Assembly (NCBI GenBank): GCA_010909165.1
Contig: MU008172.1
Location: forward strand, 1,178,001 to 1,242,000
Source of the DNA: Anthoceros angustus
Lineage: Eukaryota; Plantae; Anthocerotophyta
Direction of reading: 5' to 3'
DNA: 64,000 bases
Part shown: positions 12,200-25,502 of the stretch, piece after piece
Layout: each line of letters starts with the position of its first letter
How positions within the stretch are numbered: the first letter of the stretch is position 1
The notes under the pieces: generated by a model
The model's database searches: none
Seen by the model: only the letters and a program-made list of their open reading frames with translations
What the model was told of the DNA's origin: nothing
Made by a program: the position numbers and the translations under genes

Positions 12200-14567
12200 G
12201 TGAGCCGTCCTTAGGCATTTACTCCGGCGGAGGGAGTGGCGGGGAGCTCATTCTTCCAGCAACTGCGCCGATTCTACGCTCTCGCGCTCAGACACCCGGC
12301 TCTCTGGCGTTGTCTCTTCGAGCGCCAAGGCACCCTTACGCGCGGCTCGACCTTGGAGGAGGCGGCTGGCGGAGAGGAGGGAATTTTGGAGTCTCAAGTC
12401 CCAACAGCAAAGCAAGAGGAGCCCGGCGACGATGGGACCCAAGAAAGCGGCGGAGGTGTGGGAGCCATGGCGCTCGGAGGAGCACAACATCACGGCGCCA
12501 CCCCGACTTCGGTCCGTGGCTCGAGGAGGCGGAGGAGCTGGTATGAATGGCACCGGATATTTTCCAGTGCCCCGACCTACGGCAACAGAATCCTTAGTCC
12601 GGAGTACGCCTGGAAAATGTCACGCAGCCAAGAAGGAGGTCCGCCTAAGAATTTATGGAGGACCCCGTGAGGTGGACCGTGGAGGTCCTGAGGCCTACCA
12701 CCGCCCAAATGAAGAAGTAGGGGCGAAAAGCCGGAGCCCCCAAGGTGGTAGAAGCGCTGTGGCGGCTCTCTTTACCGAGTGAACGCAGCCGATCCTCTAA
12801 CCATGGTTGATGCTGGACCTCCCCGGATGCGAGGTAAGGTTATTGCATAAAATCATCGCCCATGGAACAGTCACCAAGGTGGACCACCTTGAGACAATCA
12901 ACTACCGTGTTCTTCCACCACCTCCAGAAGGGAAACGCCACCGAGCGGAATAATCTTCCACCGGATCAACCAAGAGGCTCGTGTCGAGGAGCGAGAAGAA
13001 ATCCATCTGCGTATCGCCCGCTTTTCTGATCCATGCGCAGCACGCCAACCTCCTCAAGGAGGTATGAGGGAGCGAGACCCGGAAGTCAGCTCACCACCCC
13101 TACCGAGGCGTATGGAGAGGGAGGCGGAGGCCCGCCTGTCCGTGAGTAAGAGGGTCCGGGGACGACCGAGGGGATTCCTGACTATATCGCCTGAACGGAC
13201 CTCGCCACCTAGGGAAGTGTGGGAGGACATCCAGCTTCACTCCTCTTGGTCGCCCACCGCCGGTAAGGAGGCGGCCACGGAGACGGGGTTGGCGGTTGCG
13301 GAGCTCGGCGGTCTCCATATGCTGGCCGCCCAATGCTTGGACATGCGCCGGTCGGGAACCAAAGCGTGGGATAAGCGCCTACCAATCGGGGCGCCAGGCC
13401 CTTTGTACCCTTACCTAGCGGAGTGGCGGAGGCGAAGGCGGTGCGGAGAGGCGGAAAGAGACCCCGAGGCGGAGGACAGCGGCCCCACCCGGCCAGTCTG
13501 TCCCCCGGCGAGGCAGCTCCGGACTCCTTCTCCACCTCAGAGTCCCGGAGGAGAAGGCGGAGAAGGAGTTAGCGGCCAAGAGGGCTAAGGAGGCTGGGAC
13601 CCACTCGGACTGAGGGTCTGATTCGTCCGAGCCCGGTCGAGACTCGCTCGGGCTCTGATATCAGCGATCCTTGATGGACGAGGAGATGCCCAGCATGTGG
13701 ACTTCACAGGCATCTCCCGGTGTGCCCGTGGAAGAAGCGGCGGAGTTTTAGCTACCGTCATGGACGGTATGCTTTAAGTCTCTGGAGCAATGAGAAGACC
13801 CAGTGGAGCCACCGGCGGAGGATGGTGGAACTTCAAGGCGGGGTAGAGGCCCGAGTGGCGAAGAAGGCGGAATCCCTCGGCAGATCGAGGAGGAGGCAGG
13901 AGGCGAGCGCGGAGTCCCGGACGGTTCGGAGGCCGGACCAAGGTCCTTCAGTGTCTGAGCAGTGAAGCGATACTGAGAGGCCCAAGCACAGGTGAAGACC
14001 TCTCTGAGGAGGCAGCCTTGAGAAGGAGGCGGAGGGCGGTAGGCAGTGGAGAACGCTCGCGACTTTGGCCAGAGGCGGCTGGTGGACCAACACCAAGCCG
14101 GTGAGGCTGGTGAGAGCGTGGAAGCAGCAGCTAAGTCGTGGGATCACTATCGGCGTAATCGGAACCGTGGAGGGAGGCAGTGAGGGGCAGCTAACTGAAA
14201 TAGGAGCAGTGGTGGCGGAGCAAGCACGGGTGGCCGTGAGAATGGAGCCAGCACCGGGAGATGGGGATCTAAATGCAGTGCAGGAAGCGGAGGAGGCGAC
14301 AGGACAGCCACAGGACACCCCAGCTCCAAGACTCGTCAGAGACATGGGATTCTCAAAGAAGATCAAGGACTTGACGGATCGAGCACCTCTGGTCTTCTGC
14401 GGGCGGAGGGAGCTCTGACGGCCAAAGGTTGGCGTCGTAATCGGGTGGAGAGGCTGGGAAGCCGAGTCGGGCGGAGGTGACAGGGCCTTGGAGAGAGAGA
14501 GATGGCGAGACTCGAGGCCGGATGAATGGGGGAGGCAAGGGCTATGGGCCTTGGAGAAGAAACTCAC
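12200..14567 (-). pseudogene. LINE (L1-like) ORF1 remnant
   Basis: GC-rich frameshifted ORF. It contains a DUF4283-like WWKNTVVDCLKVVHLG (~12900), a P.W..LP-like segment, and a zinc-knuckle-like FCCRRSGHWK (~12570). No ORF2 is seen. Confidence 0.4.
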
Positions 14568-16299
14568 TGGCGGCCTTAATATTTGAGCGAATTTGAATAT
14601 ACATCAAGCGGCTTTTGCGTGAATATACGCAGGGTTTTGATGGGCATTGAAATGTATTTGAGCATACCTAAGAAGGCACACAATTAGGGTGTCGTAGAAA
14701 TTTTATATCTTTTAGCGGCTTACAATGGTGAGCGAAGGTTTGACCTACTAGACCATTGTTTTCAATGGAAATGATGCCCATGTCGTTAGTGCATGCCATT
14801 CGTTAAACAACGATGAATGAACATGGGCGACCATCTCTGCAGCGAAGGGAATGCATACGGCTATTTCTATGTCGTATACATCCAATCCGGACACGGTCGA
14901 TGTCATTGTGTACAACGGCCGGGCGTGAAGACCCTAAACACGCCGTAAGTGACACCTAGGCCGGCAAAGTCATGCTCAAAGGCTGCGTGCATTGCGGCAT
15001 GCGGCGCCAAGATTCATGGCCTTTGGCAATGACTTCGGGCGTCAACAAACACCTCATACGCGAAACTACGAACGTAATGGCTTCTCGGGTGCTCAACATC
15101 GGTTAGACACCCTAGGCTAGTGGCTAAGAAACCACGAACCGTGATGGCTTCTCCGGTGGCTATCAAAAACAAGGAGCATGGGGGAGCATAAGGGCATGAT
15201 GAAGAAGAAGAAGAAAATGAGGGCATGAGGCGCCGGCATGCAGCTCATTCAACATATACTTTGTGCTTCAATTATTTGCATGGAAAGTTAATGGAGTGGT
15301 AAGCCTTGAAAGTTGGAAATAAGAGGTCTTGAGTTCAAGTCTTCTTTTCAAGCATCGGCCCTTTAAAATAAACTTTTCATGTTGTGTAGGAATAGGTAAT
15401 ATGGATTGAAATGAGAGCATAGTTTGTGTTGTAAAAGATAGATGATTGGTTTGGTTTAAATTCCCTTATTCTAATAATTTGTACTTGAACTCAAAATCAT
15501 GGAAATTATTTTCAAATTTCAAAGGTTTTCTAACGCGTTTGAAATTACCCATGCCCTAATATTCATGATCTCAAATTTCACTTGAATCGGAGCGGAGAGA
15601 GACATGACACCAAGTTTCTTCCCTATTCTCGAGCTCCGTGTAGGCGCGACTATCTTTCTCTGAGGTCATAGCAATTGAATCGTTTTTGTATGTTGGACAC
15701 CATCTTTGTGAGCGACCAAGGTGCGTCGTGATCGGAAGTGTGAAAGGTGGTGTGTTTTTCTCATTCTCTTGCCAAGCAAGCGTGGCCTAATATATGTAAG
15801 TCATAATGTGCATGGGTGCAGACAAGTGGTTGTAAGCCCTAGTGTTAATGCGGCCAGCAGCTCATAGAAAACCTATTTAAGGGCCGGCATCTGCTATGGA
15901 GGAGCATAAGAGCATAGGGTGCTAGCATATTGGCACCTTCATTGATATGTATTATTTGCATATCATAAAATTTTGTTGTCTCCTAAAGTTGGTAAAGTGG
16001 TAAAAACTCGCTAAGAATCATAGATCGCGAGTTCGAGATCCAATTATAGTTTTATATTAGTTAAGTTGAGTTTCTTTTAGGTAGGCATCGGCCCACCCAT
16101 GCGTGCACCATACCGAGGCAAAATTTTGTCCAAACGGACCAAACCGCGACGGGCGTAAGACCCAAATGCGTAAACCGAGAACATTAAGAATCATGGGTTT
16201 TGGGGTTGTATAGTGAATCAAATTGGTCAGGGGTTTTGAAAGCGGACCGTTATTGACCGCTTCAAATATTATCGTGTTTCCAGTGCGGAGGCGGAAGGA

Positions 16300-17599
16300 G
16301 AGGCGTTAGCGCTATAGTTAATTGTAGGCAGAAATGCAACAACGAGGAAAGATGGAAGCGAGGCGGAGCGGCCGGCGGAGGCTACTGAGAGGTAATGGAG
16401 GCTTCCTTGGCCAGCCTCGCGTTTCGGGATTCCGGCTACAGTTGGCGGGCTGGCAGCGGCAAGCAGCGCGGCAGCGGCGTACGCCCATGCTAGGAGCACC
16501 TTGGCGAAGGGGAATCGGTGCTCCGGGCCCATGTGGAAGAGGCAATTCAACAAGTCGATTGAGACTTTGCCTACTACTGCGTGAGCTCCTCAAGGCCCTT
16601 GAGTTCTGCGCCACCCGGCGAGATGGAGCGGGGCCCCTAAGCGGGTCGAGAAGAAGGAGCGAGGAGGCCCGAGGACTGACATGGCAGCGGGACCTTAGGT
16701 CTTGTTCGGCGATAGCGATGTGATGGAGGGAGCAGCAGGAGGAACACGATACAAGGATGTCAGCAGGAGGTAAGCACTCCGCACCCCACCACGGAGGGAA
16801 GGGAGGAAGGTCCTGGGGAGGCTACGGAGGGAGCAACTCTGGGGAACCTGGACCCAGGAGGGCTTAGTGGGTGAACCATTGAGAAGTCCAGCGAGGGGGG
16901 AAGCCCAGGTGCTCGCGAGTCTGGACTTTGTCCGGACCCCTGAAGAAAGACCGGACCTTGAGGTCCGGGCTCCTGAAGAAAGGTTGGACTCCGAGGTCCA
17001 GACTCTAGTGACGAGACCGGACCCAGGTCGGCTCGAAAGACGGACCCAGGTCCAGGACCCGAGAGTGGACACAGAGTCGAACTCAGTCGAGGCGGACCTT
17101 GAGGTCCGGACTCGCAGAGAGGAGTCACCAATCACACTCGCCAGACCATCTCGGAGGGCCAGCCCGAGCAGGCCCACCAGTGAGAGAGAGAGGAGGAGGA
17201 GGACTTGGTGGTGGCCATGGGTGTCAGCCCCGTGGCTCGGCTGACAGTCTCGGGGAGGTAGGGCCCGCCTGCGATCATCCGATTGGGTCTTGTGATTGTG
17301 AGCTAGGGCTTGGGCCACCGGCTTAACCGGGAGCAACCCCCCTCGCCAAGCGGCATAGATAGGCGGAATAGGAGATGGTGGCGGCCAGCGAGGCCCATGG
17401 TGGCCACCAGCTCAGAATAGGAGTGTAATAAAGGCCCCGACCTTGGGCGTAGTATAAGAGGGGGTGCTCTAGTAAAGTATCTTTCTCTTAGTGTTGATGC
17501 ATGCGTTTCCGACCCTGTGTGTCTTCTTGCTAGCGTGAGTCCTGAGTCAGGCGAGCACAGCGCTCACGGAAGAATGATCCGGTCTGAGCGGACCTAACA
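16300..17599 (+). mobile_element. 3' end of an LTR retroelement: non-coding region with tandem repeats, PPT and a short LTR (17424-17599)
   Basis: AGAATAGGAG PPT-like tract, then TGTAATAAAGG...CCTAACA with a TATAAGAGGG box. Imperfect ~30-bp tandem repeats (ggaccttgaggtccgg-type) at 16930-17110. Confidence 0.5.
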
Positions 17600-19564
17600 T
17601 GTGGTGGTGTGTGTAGGGACGACTGGGACCCTTGCTCGTCAGGCCGGCGGCGCGTCGGGTGGGCCGGGCTGAGTGCCGGAGGAACTCGGGGAGGCGAGAC
17701 TGGGGAGGCTGTGAGCGGAGAGGTCCGGACCACCTCCGCCCATTTTCCAAGGGCGTTGAGTGTTGGGGAGATGTGGAGATTTTGGTGTGAGTGATTTTAG
17801 ATGGCAGCGAGTAGTAAGAGGACGGACTAGAAAGTAGAGCAATTTGGATTAATCTGACGCTGAGCAGTCCTTAAGCGTTTGGCCTCACCGAGGCCTTCGG
17901 TGGACATCACGAGTAGATAGTAGCAGAAACGATAAACGTAGGTGTTTGGGCCCGAAACGGTCCGAAACGATTGAACCGCGACAAATGGAGCCCATCATTC
18001 TCTTGGGAGCGGACCCCTTACTACAACGACACGAGATCGTGCGCGCCCGGCCAGCCGTCAGCGAAAAGTCGCGCCACACTTCATAATAAACAATACCACA
18101 TGTTGTTGAAGGGGATGTGAGCATAGATTGCAAGGCATACTCTGGCCCTGTCCAGAGCAGGTACTGACGCTCATCCCACTGTGGGCCTCTTTCACGCACA
18201 TAGATATGCTGGCCCCACATCCACTTGTGATATTGAGCCTCTTCTTGCAAAGATGTCCGCAAGTTCCCACAAATCCATTGTGCCTTGTTTGGTGTCGACA
18301 TACTTTCACCAAATTGGGCCACCTTCACATAACAAGCGTCAAACTTGTTGGACCCTACCATCGCATGTAATACATTTTCTCCTTGAGTCTCAAACCTCGG
18401 GACAATGATATTGTCACGCCATGCTTGCCTCGATTGCCTTGGACGAACACGAATATATGAGCTCTTTCGCTTCAGGAAACAACCTTGCCGAGCATCGCCC
18501 AAACATCCGCCTTTCTCCAACATCTTGGCCAGACCGCAGCGGACCATTGTCTTCCAAGCTTCTTGCAAAAAACCGATGATGCATTTCGGCAAGCCTCCAT
18601 GACTTGGACCACCCACTTGCCATCTCCCTTCCCACGAGGCAGGTCTTCAGACATCCCATAACGGTGGGCCAGACACCTTCTCCTCACCTTCCACGGGCCC
18701 GAGGTCCGCACTCCATCGGAATGGGCACCACTTCCTCCCCTTCGGCTCGGTTGGGTGCGGGAGCTGGCCGGTCTATATCGATCTCATAATCCGTTCCTTC
18801 CATATGCCTCCATCGCCTCCTCCCATCTAAGCGGTATTCTATGGGTGCCCGTTGCTAAGGACACCAGGCTCCATGCTTGGCTGTGTATCCTTAAATGGGA
18901 TATGTCCGTGAGAGTAAGCCTCTGTCTCGGGTGTTTCTTCCATGCGGTTGCTGGCGCAACAAATGGCGGAGGAGCAAGTTTTGGTGGAAGCGCATGAAGA
19001 GGAATGGATTCGCGATTGTCCACACCGCCCTGTTCCTTGTCAACATATGCATGAAACGTCGTCCGAAACCTGCAGATGACACCTCCCATATCATTTGGAA
19101 TTAGGATAACACCTACGAGCCGTTGCAATTGGATATCGCTTCTTCTGCGGGATCTTTGGTTATGCAGGCTATCGGGCGCCACAATCTCGATTAGCACATT
19201 TCCAGCATGAGTTTTACATAAAGCACTTGCTTGGGTTGGAGACATGACAGGTACGCCACACAGCGCTGCCGATCGCCGTCGACAAATACCACCAGCCACT
19301 TCATTCTCACCTCGCCTTCCTCGAGAAGGGAAGGAAAGAAGCGCTCCCCCGCGATTGATTTGGATGTGCCTATCTCGGTCGGCTCTTCATGTCCTCCACG
19401 CCATTGCGTGACGGGAGAAAACCCAGCGATCGGTGATCAATGTGGGATCTGTTGGAAGGCCTTCGGATGACCAAGGCATGCGTGGCGTACCTCCCTCCTT
19501 CTCGTCCGTTAATGTCATATACTTCGTCCCATGGGCAGTGGTGCAAGTTTGAGAGTTCCATTTG

Positions 19565-22220
19565 GGAAAGATTGTGAATGCAGGTTTTTACATCCTGTGT
19601 GCAGGGCACATCGTGTTCCACTATCAATCCTCACGCCACAATCGTTCGACGCGCGGATCCGAAGTTCACAACATACATGTATTGTCCATGCCCGAGTTGT
19701 GCAGGAAGTACCGTTAAAATTCCTGCGAACATTTCCGCTCGGCTCTGCCAGCAAACAATTTGGTCTTGGTTCCACGAGGTGTGTATGCCGATGTTTTTTA
19801 ACAGCTCTTTAGTTACTGCGAATGATGATCTGTCTGACACACCTCATGCCCGCATTGAATTTTGTTCGCAGGCCGATGCCCATTCTAATGAAGTTGGCAA
19901 TGGCCACCCGCCTTTGAATCTAAGCGTAGGGCCACGGCCGATATTCGAGTTCACATCACCATCTTCTTGCCTCTGCTAAATGGGAATGCAAGGAACTGCG
20001 ACCACGACTCCTCTGATCAGACCAATTTGTTCTATGGACGTGACAGAGAGGACATGCATGCGGACCTTGATGCCGACGCGCCTGCGGACCATGACACGCC
20101 TGCGGACCTTGATGCCGACGGAGGAGATTCCGTGGACTTGGATGACCTCTTGGCCGCTGCTGGTGTTCCAGACATACACAGCAAGGAGAGGCATATGCGG
20201 CTCTGCGGAAATGCCCTTGTTCACCATCGCGAACCTTGCACCTCAAAGAGTCCTTAACTGCAACCTTGCTTTCCATTCAAATCGTTATGGCATATCGGCG
20301 TGGCGATGTGATTGTGCGGTTGTTGGGCTACATTTGTTGCACGAGAGCAATTCTGCCGGTCGATGTGAGGCTAAAAGACATTCCTTTGGGCTGCACTTCA
20401 AGAAAATTCATACTGTGTAAATGAGCGCATCTTTGTTTGGGGCCCTATCACGGACCATCGGAATGCATTAAATGCTGACGGATATGTCGAGGCGTTGGAT
20501 TGTAAGCAGCTAGGAGAGCTCCAGGGAAAGTTACATGGCACTTTTGAAGGATAGGCTGGCCCGCATGTTTAGAGCACCGAGACACAAGGCTAATGACAGT
20601 ACATGGATGCGACAGGGGGGTCCATGGGCATAATGGCCGACCGGCATGGGAGGTTTTAGATGGATTGGATGGCTTTGGCTCGGAACCCAGAAACATCCGT
20701 CTCGCTCTTGCAACGGATGGGTTTAACCCATTTGGACACAAGTCATCAACTACATCTATATGGCTTGTTATGCTATTCTTACACAACCTTCCACCATGGC
20801 TAAGCGCAATCCGCACCATCATCTTATTGTGCGGGCCCTCACATTGTGCGAACTTTGATGTTTACATGGAACCTCTTTTGGAGGAGTTGAGAGACATGGC
20901 ATGGGATACCCATGGGCGACTTCTCTTTCCCGCGACAGCCAGCGCGGCTTCACGTTGTGTTGTTTTGCACACCATATTGATTATCGGGCATTGGCACACT
21001 CCACGGCTTTTGGTGAAGGGTTCAAGGGCATGCGGAATGTTGGGATGGCTTAGACTCATGGGCCCTGCGTGCGAGAAGGAGGAGTACCTTGGCTCTCGGC
21101 GGTGGCCGCCCAATCATCCCATCGGCGGGTAGACATGGACGGTACAACAATGAAGTGGGGCGGCCTCGTCCCAATCCCCCTCGTTTGGCTAATGGCGGAC
21201 ATGGAAAGAGATAATGCAAGTCAGGAGTTGAGGGAGAGGCAAGTTTGGCACCGCCGCAAAAGCTTATGGTTTGATTACTGCCGTATTGGAGACACATCTT
21301 GAGGTGGACACAAAGGGATGTTATGCACATGAGGAAGAACAATCACGAGAGGCTTTGTGGCGGACCTTCATAGGAGAGAAAGATGATCTCGATCCGTTTA
21401 GACATGGAAGAATACGGGGCAAGCATGAGCTATGGCCATTGCTAGGAATAGGAGACCTTCTTGCACTCCTATGTCTTATCAAGCCGGACTTGGATATGGT
21501 TTTGTGGAGATCAGCCATAGGTTACCAGCTGGATACGCATCAAACATCGCTGCAAAAGCGGCGTCGGCAAGCAGGAAACCTCAAAGCTCATGATTGGCAT
21601 GTTGTCATGGAGATTTATTTCCTATTGTCTTACGGGACGAATCAAGCCCTCGATATACAAAGCGTGACGCCCTCGACAAACTATATATTTGGATATGCCA
21701 GCGTCGGATTCGGGGCATGAGGTTGGGAGAATGCAACAAGAGTGCATCGAGGTCATGTGTCATTTGGAAGAAATTTCCACCCAACTTGTTTGATATTTTG
21801 ACATCTCATTATTCACTTGGTGGATGATGTTGCGGCATTGGGCCCGTAAGTGTCTTGTGGATGTATCTGTGGAGAGGTATTTGGGGAGCGGGAAGGACAC
21901 TATAAGGCAGTATGTAAACGAAGCGATATGGCGGAGGATATGTGAGGAGGAATCTTTGTTGTATGCTAAGTCGTACCTTTGTGAACACTATCCTCGATCA
22001 TCCCATATTTGGGCGATAAGTTCATGAAGAATGCAAGGAAAGGCATTAGGCATGGGGCGCCCATACAAGTTCTGATGGGAGTTGCACCAGTCCACACTTT
22101 CATCTTGGTCCACATCCAAATCTTAGACCCATTCTTGCGGCGTACAAGGAGGAAGTGGAACAAAAGCGGGGCCATCTTTTCGTGCATGGATCCATGCGGC
22201 GAGATCGAGCCGTGGGAAGA
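19565..22220 (+). pseudogene. CACTA/EnSpm transposase (TnpD-like), copy 1
   Basis: DPKFTTYMYCPCPSC (transposase-associated domain), RNIRLALATDGFNPFG and LHNLPPWL (Transposase_21), and FPPNLFDI (DUF4218-like). Many frameshifts. Confidence 0.9.
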
Positions 22221-25000
22221 TTGAATGCCACTTTTTACATCGCCGTGCAGGCACAGGTTCCTTATCAATCCTCACGCCACAATGGTCCGACGGATCCGGA
22301 GTTCACAACATACATGTATTGTCCATGCCCGAAGCAAAGGTGCAGAAGCACCATTAAAATTCGCGACATTTCGCCGGACCGCCAAAGAACAATGGTCTTG
22401 GTTCCAGAGGTGTGTCGCCGATGTTTTTACAGCTGCGAATGATGATCCGCTCGACACCTCATGCCGCATTGAGTTCCCGCAGCCGATGCCCATTCTAATG
22501 AAGTTGGCAATGGCCACCCGCTACTGCATCATGGGGCCACCGATATTCCGTGCCCGCCCACCGCCGGCCTCGAAAATGCGAATGCGCCCCGACCACACGA
22601 CCATACAGCCAATGCTGACGACGGTCGGAAGAGAGGACATGCATGCGGACCTTGATGCGACGCCTCATGCGGACACTGACTGCGGACCTTCATGCCGACG
22701 AGGAGATTCGGACTTGGATGAACTCTGGCCGGGCCGTGTTCGCATACTGCAAGGAGAGAGCATATGCCCGGATGCATGGAAATGCCCTTGTTCACCATCG
22801 CAACCTTGCACCTCAAAGAGTCCCGCTAACCGCACTTCTTGCTTTCCATTCAAACTCATATGGCATACCGACGGGCGATTGATTTATTGGTTACAACTAC
22901 CTTGCCTACATAAAGGCATGTACTTTCTATTATGAATGTAATGCAACACATATTGCTAGAGCTTGTGTATGATTCTCATCATGGTATCGAGCACACTTGC
23001 TCTTTGTTTGCTTATGCATCCTCATGCATCTAAGTAGCTTATCTAGGAGACACTTTCTAATCTAGCATTTGCCTAGATGGATTGGATGGCTTTGGCTCTA
23101 ACCCGTAAACATCCTCGCTCTTGCAACGGATGGGTTTAACCCATTTGGACACAAGTCCACAACTACATCTATATGGTTATGCTATTCTTACACAACCTTC
23201 CACCATGGCTAAGCACGAAATCCGCTTATACCATCATGCCGCTTATTGTGCCGGGCCCTCACATTGTGCCGAACTTTGATGTTTACATGGAACCTCTTTT
23301 GGAGGAGTTGAGAGACCCGTGGCATGGGATACCCATGGACTTTTTCTTTTCCCGACAACAGCGCTCACGCGAAATTGCACACCATACCATAGTGATTATC
23401 CGGCATTGGCACACCCACTTTTGTGAAGGGTTCAAGGGCATGTGAATGTTGGGATGGCTTAGACTCGCTGGGCCCACCACGTGCAGGAGGAGTACCTTGG
23501 CTCGGCGGTGGCTTCCAATCATCCCATGCGCGTAGACATGGACCGGTACAACAATGAAGTGGAGCGCGGCCCGTCCCAATCCCTCGCTTGACGCGCTAAT
23601 GGCGTATAAAAAGAGAGATAATGCAAATCGGAGTTGAGGAGAGAGGCAAGTTTGGCACCCGCAAAAGCTTATGGTTTGATTACCACCGTATTGGAGACAC
23701 ATTCGAGGTGGACACAAAGGGATGTTATGCACATTGAGAAGAACAATGCAGGCTTTGTGGCGACCTTCATAGGAGAGAAAGATGATCTACGATCCCGCTT
23801 AGACATGGAAGAATACGGGGCAAGCATGAGCTATGGCCATTGCTAGAATAGGAGACCTTCTTGCCTCAGATGTCTTATCCAAGCCGGACTTGGATATGGT
23901 TTTGTGAGATGCATATGGTTACCAACCGGATACGCATCAAACATCGCTGAAAATCAAGGCCCGCAAACTGGAACCTCAAAGCTCATGATTGGCATGTTGT
24001 CATGGAGATTTATTTCCTATTGTCTTACGGGACGAATCAAGCCTCAAGATACAAAAGGACCGCCTCAAGAAACTATATCACCGGATATGCCAACGCCGGA
24101 TTCCGGCATGAGGTTGGGAGAATGCAACAAGAGTGCATCGTGGTCATGTGTCACCGGAAAGAGAATTTCCACCCAACTTGTTTGATATTTCACATCTCAT
24201 TATTCACTTGGTGGATGATGTTGCGGCATTGGGCCCGTAAGTGGATGTATCCTGGGAGAGGTATTTGGGGAGCAGGAAGGACACTATTAGACAACAGAGC
24301 AAACCCGAGGGTGATGGCGAGGGATATGTGAGGAGGAATCTTTGTTGTATGCTAAGTCGACCTTAGTGAACACTATCCTCCTCCCATATTTGGAGCGATA
24401 AGTTCATGAAGAATGCGACAGAAAGGCAGGCATGGGGCGCCCATACAAGTTTACGACGCCGAGTTGCACCAGTCCACACTTTCATCTTGGTCCACATCCA
24501 AATCTTAGACCCATTCTTAAAGAAGACAAGGAGGAAGTGGAACAAGGAGTAACGACGAGCCATCTTTTCGCATGGATCCATGCAGAGATTCAGGGAAGTT
24601 GGGAAGATCTCACCGACGATGTGGTCAGCATGGACGGACAGTCCCTTTGGGCCACTGCATGCACATGGCATGTAAGGGAAGCCACCTTGGACGATCGCCG
24701 CGATGAAGAGTCGAAAGTGACATAGGGACAGTGTGTTCCGATGCGTCATGGGGGATGAAGGAGGCGGACTTACTATGGCCATGTCCAAGAAATCTGCGGG
24801 TCTCATTTTCTTACAACCACTCATCCCGAAGGTGAAGCGGTTGAGTGGAATCCATGGCGGATCCCTTGAGCGATCACGAGGTTTCACGGCGTGTACACTA
24901 AGCGCCATTATGCGTGCCGGGCAAATGCGTCGATACCATTTCATATGGCCATCAAGTGACCCGATGTATTCTACATGGCGATGGCGGAGGAGGGGTGGGC
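22221..25000 (+). pseudogene. CACTA/EnSpm transposase, copy 2 (tandem duplicate, extends further 3')
   Basis: Repeats the same motifs (DPEFTTYMYCPCP, LATDGFNPFG, LHNLPPWLSTKSAYTIMPLIVPGP) and is nucleotide-collinear with 19565-22220. Confidence 0.9.
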
Positions 25001-25502
25001 ATTAGCGGTCACCGCATGGGGAGGAGGAGGAAGGAGGGGAATCATGATGAACAATGTGGATGGAAATCATATAAGAAGTGAAACGATCCATTGCAACCCT
25101 AAACATACGAAACCCTATGCTAACCCGCCTGTATGGACCTGACATAGAAGCTCCTTTTTGCCTTCAGGCTGATAACAAGAGATGCAGATAACGGTTCGCA
25201 CTATTCCCGAGCTTTCGGTGGTTCGGAAGTCAACCACAGTTCTACTCTATGCCATTGTCTTCTTTTCCACAAAACTATCTACCAATGTGCAGAAGGTGGC
25301 GATCTCGCCTCATTTATGGCGGGCTATGCCCGCAGCGTCTCTCCACAACTATAAGAAGGACCCACCAAGTTCGGCGCTCCTGCACAAACCAATCCCAAAC
25401 ATCGAGAGCCGGCACCAAGTCCATCCATTGTGTGATTTCAAGTAAACACCTCCCTACCTCCTGCACGCGCCTGCGAGCATCCAAGGCATCTGCATTAGAA
25501 TC

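Noticed and set aside
15288-16042. Functional tRNA genes
   Set aside because: Acceptor stems and cloverleaf pairing could not be formed; only A/B-box-like motifs remain.
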